DNA of 59,195 nucleotides, filler included. It is 5 parts of 5 records of this genome, joined end to end, with 100 filler letters (N's around TTAATTAATTAA, not from the genome) between each part and the next. Parts side by side here need not be neighbours in the genome. Positions count along the whole stretch, not along the records: positions 52,719 to 59,195 come from SRR20825006_2493; 4 more parts are not named here. One strand, written 5' to 3'. Under the pieces are notes generated by a model that was given only the letters and a program-made list of their open reading frames with translations, made no database searches and was not told where the DNA came from. Shown here piece by piece: positions 55,753-59,195 of this stretch (position 1 is the stretch's first letter; each line of letters starts with the position of its first letter). The translations under genes and the position numbers were made by a program.

Positions 55753-56418
55753 TTATTTAAGTTTTTTTATAATTTGTAGGGCATTTGCTACTGTTTCTTT
55801 TAAAAGGTTATAATCTTTATTTGCTATAATTTCCTTTGAAATAAGTTGAGATCCCATTCCTACACAGGTTACGCCTGCTTTAAACCACTCACTAAGGTTT
55901 TCCTTAGTTGGAGAAACACCACCTGTAGGCATAATGCTTGTCCATGGACAAGGGCCTTTTATTGCTTTAACAAATTTTGGTCCGTAAATTCCACCAGGGA
56001 ATAATTTTACTACTTCACAACCAAGTTCTTCTGCTTTTGCAATTTCTGTAAGTGTAGCACAACCCGGCGACCATAATACTTTTCTACGATTGCACACAAG
56101 GGCAATATCTTCTCTAAGTACTGGGGTTACAATGAATTGAGCACCCATTTGCATGTATAAAGAAGCGGCTGCCGCATCTGTTACAGAACCTACACCGAGA
56201 ATTAAATCTGGACATTCTTTAGCACAAAATTTAATTAATTCTGAAAATACTTCATGGGCAAAAGCTCCTCTAGCAGTAAACTCAAATAAGCGGGCACCTC
56301 CATCATAACAAGCTTTTACAACTTGTTTTACAATAGCTACATCTTCATGATAGAAAAGTGGTACTAAACCAGTTTCTTTCATTTTAGTTGCCACTTCTAT
56401 TCTTGTATATGTTTTCAC
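55753..56418 (-). CDS. eda: KDPG/KHG aldolase
   Basis: FEFTARG, VKLFPG and MPTGGV motifs. Confidence 0.93.
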   Translation of the reverse strand: MKTYTRIEVATKMKETGLVPLFYHEDVAIVKQVVKACYDGGARLFEFTARGAFAHEVFSELIKFCAKECPDLILGVGSVTDAAAASLYMQMGAQFIVTPVLREDIALVCNRRKVLWSPGCATLTEIAKAEELGCEVVKLFPGGIYGPKFVKAIKGPCPWTSIMPTGGVSPTKENLSEWFKAGVTCVGMGSQLISKEIIANKDYNLLKETVANALQIIKKLK

Positions 56419-56573
56419 ATGAATAAATTTAAGTTAAACGATTGATTTTTATGTCATTATATAATTAAGCAACAAATCAATACCCTTTAAAAGCCTTTGA
56501 TTTGTTCATCTCCTTTTGTGGAGGTATTATAAATTCCTCTATGAGGGTTTCATCTGTATATTTTAAAATAAAA

Positions 56574-57584
56574 TTACCTTTTCACTCTTCCAGAAACATT
56601 CCCTCCCATTAAATCTTCTACATCTTCTTTTGAAACCAAGTTTGCATCTCCATAAATAGTATGTTTTAAACAAGAAGCTGCTACTGCAAAATCTAATGCT
56701 TTCTGATCTTCATAATAATTGAGACCATATATCAAAGCTCCCATAAAACTATCTCCAGCACCAATTCTATCAACAATATCGGTAATATTATAAGATTCCG
56801 ACTCTAAAAGATTTTTTCCATCATATAAAACAGCAGACCATGTGTTGTGCATAGCACTTATATTTTTTCGGTTGGTAATAATTATTTTTTCTGATGAAGG
56901 AAAACGTTCTTTTAGTTTTTCGCAAAGCGATTGTTGGAGCTCTTTTTCTGTAGCCCCCTCTGGATCAATATCAAAATATTGTTTGGAAGCATAATCTCCT
57001 GCTAGAATAACCTGACATTTAGCAACCATTTTTTCCATAACTTCTCCAGGAGTTTTCCCATAATTCCAAAGATTGGCACGGTAGTTAAAATCTGTAGAAA
57101 TAGTAAGTCCCATCTCTGAAGCTACTTCAATGGCTTCCATGCAAACATCTGCAGCTCCTTGAGATACGCCAGGCGTAATACCAGACCAATGAAACCAAGT
57201 AGCGTCTTTAAAAGCAGCTTTCCAATCAATCATTCCCTTTTCTATGTGTGCAAAAGAAGAATAAGCGCGGTCGTATATAATTTTACTCCCTCGTACAGAG
57301 GCTCCTTTTTCTAGAAAATAAAGTCCTAGTCGGTCGCCACCTTTTGCAATAAAATTGGTACCAACATTATATTTACGCATTTGCATCAGTGCAGTTTCTG
57401 CTATATCGTTTGCGGGAAGACGCGTAATCATTTCAGACTTCATCCCAAAATTAGACAGACCCGTAAGCACATTTAATTCACTTCCGCCATAATCGGCATT
57501 CATTTCTATCGCTTGCGAAAATTTAAGATGATCTTTGGTTGATAATCTTAATAAAACTTCTCCTAAGGCTATTACTTTTTTCAA
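56574..57584 (-). CDS. kdgK: 2-keto-3-deoxygluconate kinase (PfkB family)
   Basis: GEVLLRL, DFNYRANLW and VDRIGAGDSF motifs; operon context. Confidence 0.9.
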   Translation of the reverse strand: MKKVIALGEVLLRLSTKDHLKFSQAIEMNADYGGSELNVLTGLSNFGMKSEMITRLPANDIAETALMQMRKYNVGTNFIAKGGDRLGLYFLEKGASVRGSKIIYDRAYSSFAHIEKGMIDWKAAFKDATWFHWSGITPGVSQGAADVCMEAIEVASEMGLTISTDFNYRANLWNYGKTPGEVMEKMVAKCQVILAGDYASKQYFDIDPEGATEKELQQSLCEKLKERFPSSEKIIITNRKNISAMHNTWSAVLYDGKNLLESESYNITDIVDRIGAGDSFMGALIYGLNYYEDQKALDFAVAASCLKHTIYGDANLVSKEDVEDLMGGNVSGRVKR

Positions 57585-57606
57585 TATTTAAAGTTTTAGT
57601 TTTTTG

Positions 57607-57708
57607 TTTAATCCCTCAAAAAGGGTTTTTATCTCCAACTCATGTCGAAGTAGGTTAATGTTGTTTCGTTTAAATCCACAGCGGACTTTGTAACGAGGTT
57701 ATTTATTT
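57607..57708. repeat. Degenerate copy of the 55542-55680 element
   Basis: Shares TTAATCCCTC...AGGG, CTCC...CATG, TCGAA, TTAA.GTTGT and CGAGGT..TTTA in the same order. Confidence 0.6.
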
Positions 57709-59112
57709 TTAAAAATCAAAATATTCCTGAGCATTATTGTAAGAAATATCTTCAACAATTTTTCCAATCCATTCCATGTCGTTTGGAAGCTCACCGTTTT
57801 CAATTTCTTCTCCTAAGAGGTTACATAAAATTCTTCTAAAATATTCGTGTCGTGGGTAAGATAAGAAACTCCTAGAATCTGTAAGCATTCCAATAAAGCA
57901 ACTTATAAGTCCCATGTTTGACAAAGCATTCATTTGTTTTGTCATTCCGTCTTTTTGATCTAGAAACCACCATCCAGAACCAAACTGTACTTTTCCTTTT
58001 ACAGAACCATCATTGAAATTACCAATCATAGTTGCCATAACCTCATTATCGGCAGGGTTTAGATTGTAGATAATAGTTTTAGAAAGTTTATCTTTTCCGT
58101 CAAGACTATTTAAAAATTTAGATAATTTCTCTGCTTGTGGATAGTCAGAAATAGAATCCCATCCTGTGTCAGGACCTAATTTAGCTAACATTCTGGTGTT
58201 ATTATTTCTAAGTGCTCCTAAGTGGAATTGTTGAATCCAACCGAGCGAATGGTATTGTTCTGCTAAAAATTGTAAAACAGCACTTTCAAATTTTTCTATT
58301 TCTAGGAATGAAAGTTGTTCATTTTTAAGACGTTTCTTTAAAATTTGATCTACTTCAGCTTCAGAATAAGGAGCAAATGGAATGCTATTTAATCCGTGGT
58401 CGGAAACTTTACATCCATTCTCATTAAAATACTGAACTCTTTTTACAAGAGCGTCCAATAAATCTTGATAAGACGTAATACTAATATCTGCAGCCTTTTC
58501 TAACTTACCTAAATATTCAATAAAACCATCATTTCCAATCATGATAGCTTTATCTGGACGAAAAGAAGTGCTTATATGCGTATCGAAATTACTTTTTGCT
58601 AATTGCTGATGATGCTCTAGAGTATCAATAGGATCTTCAGTAGTACAAACAACTTTTACATTCATTTTAGAAAGTAATTGTTGACAACTATAGTCTGATG
58701 AATTTAATTTATCAGAAGAGATTTTATAAATTTCCTTGGCATTTTTCTCATTTAAAAGCTCATACACATCAAAATAACGAGCAAGTTCTAATTGAGTCCA
58801 ATGGAATAGGGGGTTACGAAGTGTATAAGGTACAGTTTTCGCCCATTGTTGGAATTTTTCTTCATCGGAAGCATTTCCAGTAATGTATTTTTCATTAATA
58901 CCTAAGGTTCTCATTGCTCTCCATTTGTAATGGTCGCCATCAAGCCATGCTTTCGTAATATTTTCAAAAACTCTATTTTCTGCTATATCTTTTGGAGATA
59001 AATGGCAATGGTAATCAATAATTGGCATTTTACTCGCATGGTTATGATAAAGCTCTTCTGCATATTTGTTACGAAGTAAAAAATTATCGTTTATAAATTT
59101 AGTAGTGTTCAT
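57709..59112 (-). CDS. uxaC: Uronate (glucuronate) isomerase
   Basis: IIDYHCHL, GDHYKWRAMR, GSGWWFLDQ and TDSRSFLSYPRHEYFRR motifs. Confidence 0.97.
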   Translation of the reverse strand: MNTTKFINDNFLLRNKYAEELYHNHASKMPIIDYHCHLSPKDIAENRVFENITKAWLDGDHYKWRAMRTLGINEKYITGNASDEEKFQQWAKTVPYTLRNPLFHWTQLELARYFDVYELLNEKNAKEIYKISSDKLNSSDYSCQQLLSKMNVKVVCTTEDPIDTLEHHQQLAKSNFDTHISTSFRPDKAIMIGNDGFIEYLGKLEKAADISITSYQDLLDALVKRVQYFNENGCKVSDHGLNSIPFAPYSEAEVDQILKKRLKNEQLSFLEIEKFESAVLQFLAEQYHSLGWIQQFHLGALRNNNTRMLAKLGPDTGWDSISDYPQAEKLSKFLNSLDGKDKLSKTIIYNLNPADNEVMATMIGNFNDGSVKGKVQFGSGWWFLDQKDGMTKQMNALSNMGLISCFIGMLTDSRSFLSYPRHEYFRRILCNLLGEEIENGELPNDMEWIGKIVEDISYNNAQEYFDF

Positions 59113-59195
59113 AATGTTTTAATCTTCATTTTAATCTCTCATAAGAGAGTTTATAGCTATTTTATGTTACTCGATAATCGAGATTTGAATGCTCC

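Noticed and set aside
1-59195. CRISPR arrays, tRNA/rRNA genes, transposases, prophage or defence genes
   Set aside because: None recognised by eye; no repeat-spacer periodicity seen. A tRNAscan/Rfam run would be needed to exclude small RNAs.

Overview
This window is not one locus. It is five contigs joined by an artificial 100-nt spacer (N44-TTAATTAATTAA-N44) at 29929-30028, 37236-37335, 44900-44999 and 52619-52718. Contig 1 (1-29928) is GC-rich alphaproteobacterial chromosome, Hyphomonadaceae/Caulobacterales-like by inference. It carries ecm/meaA and ccr (ethylmalonyl-CoA pathway), an ArnC/ArnT-like pair, a TonB receptor, regA-regB/senC, a four-gene metal-handling operon, bdhA, pyrF, a PQQ quinohemoprotein ADH, tsaD, an ECF sigma/anti-sigma pair, a MerR/methyltransferase pair and the 3' end of lepA. 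Contigs 2-5 are AT-rich and Flavobacteriaceae-like. Contig 2 has an NhaC/MetT-type transporter, DJ-1, nitroreductase, YceI with a membrane wHTH regulator, dbpA and a J-KTSC protein. Contig 3 has a vWA lipoprotein with LytS/LytTR, recQ, ssb and an orphan lipoprotein. Contig 4 is a non-phosphorylative L-fucose/L-galactose catabolic cluster. Contig 5 is uxaC-kdgK-eda-TRAP. The two strongest signals are non-coding. (1) At 44072-44899 the orphan lipoprotein gene has integron-cassette architecture: complementary GTT/AAC ends, a 197-bp attC-like hairpin that folds better on the bottom strand, an external promoter, and a contig break at the start of the next cassette. The core sequence is non-canonical and no integrase is visible. 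(2) At 31179-31241 a 63-nt stripped-down SAM-I-like riboswitch keeps the SAM-binding core but lacks the kink-turn/pseudoknot and P4. All gene calls come from motif recognition; no database searches were run.
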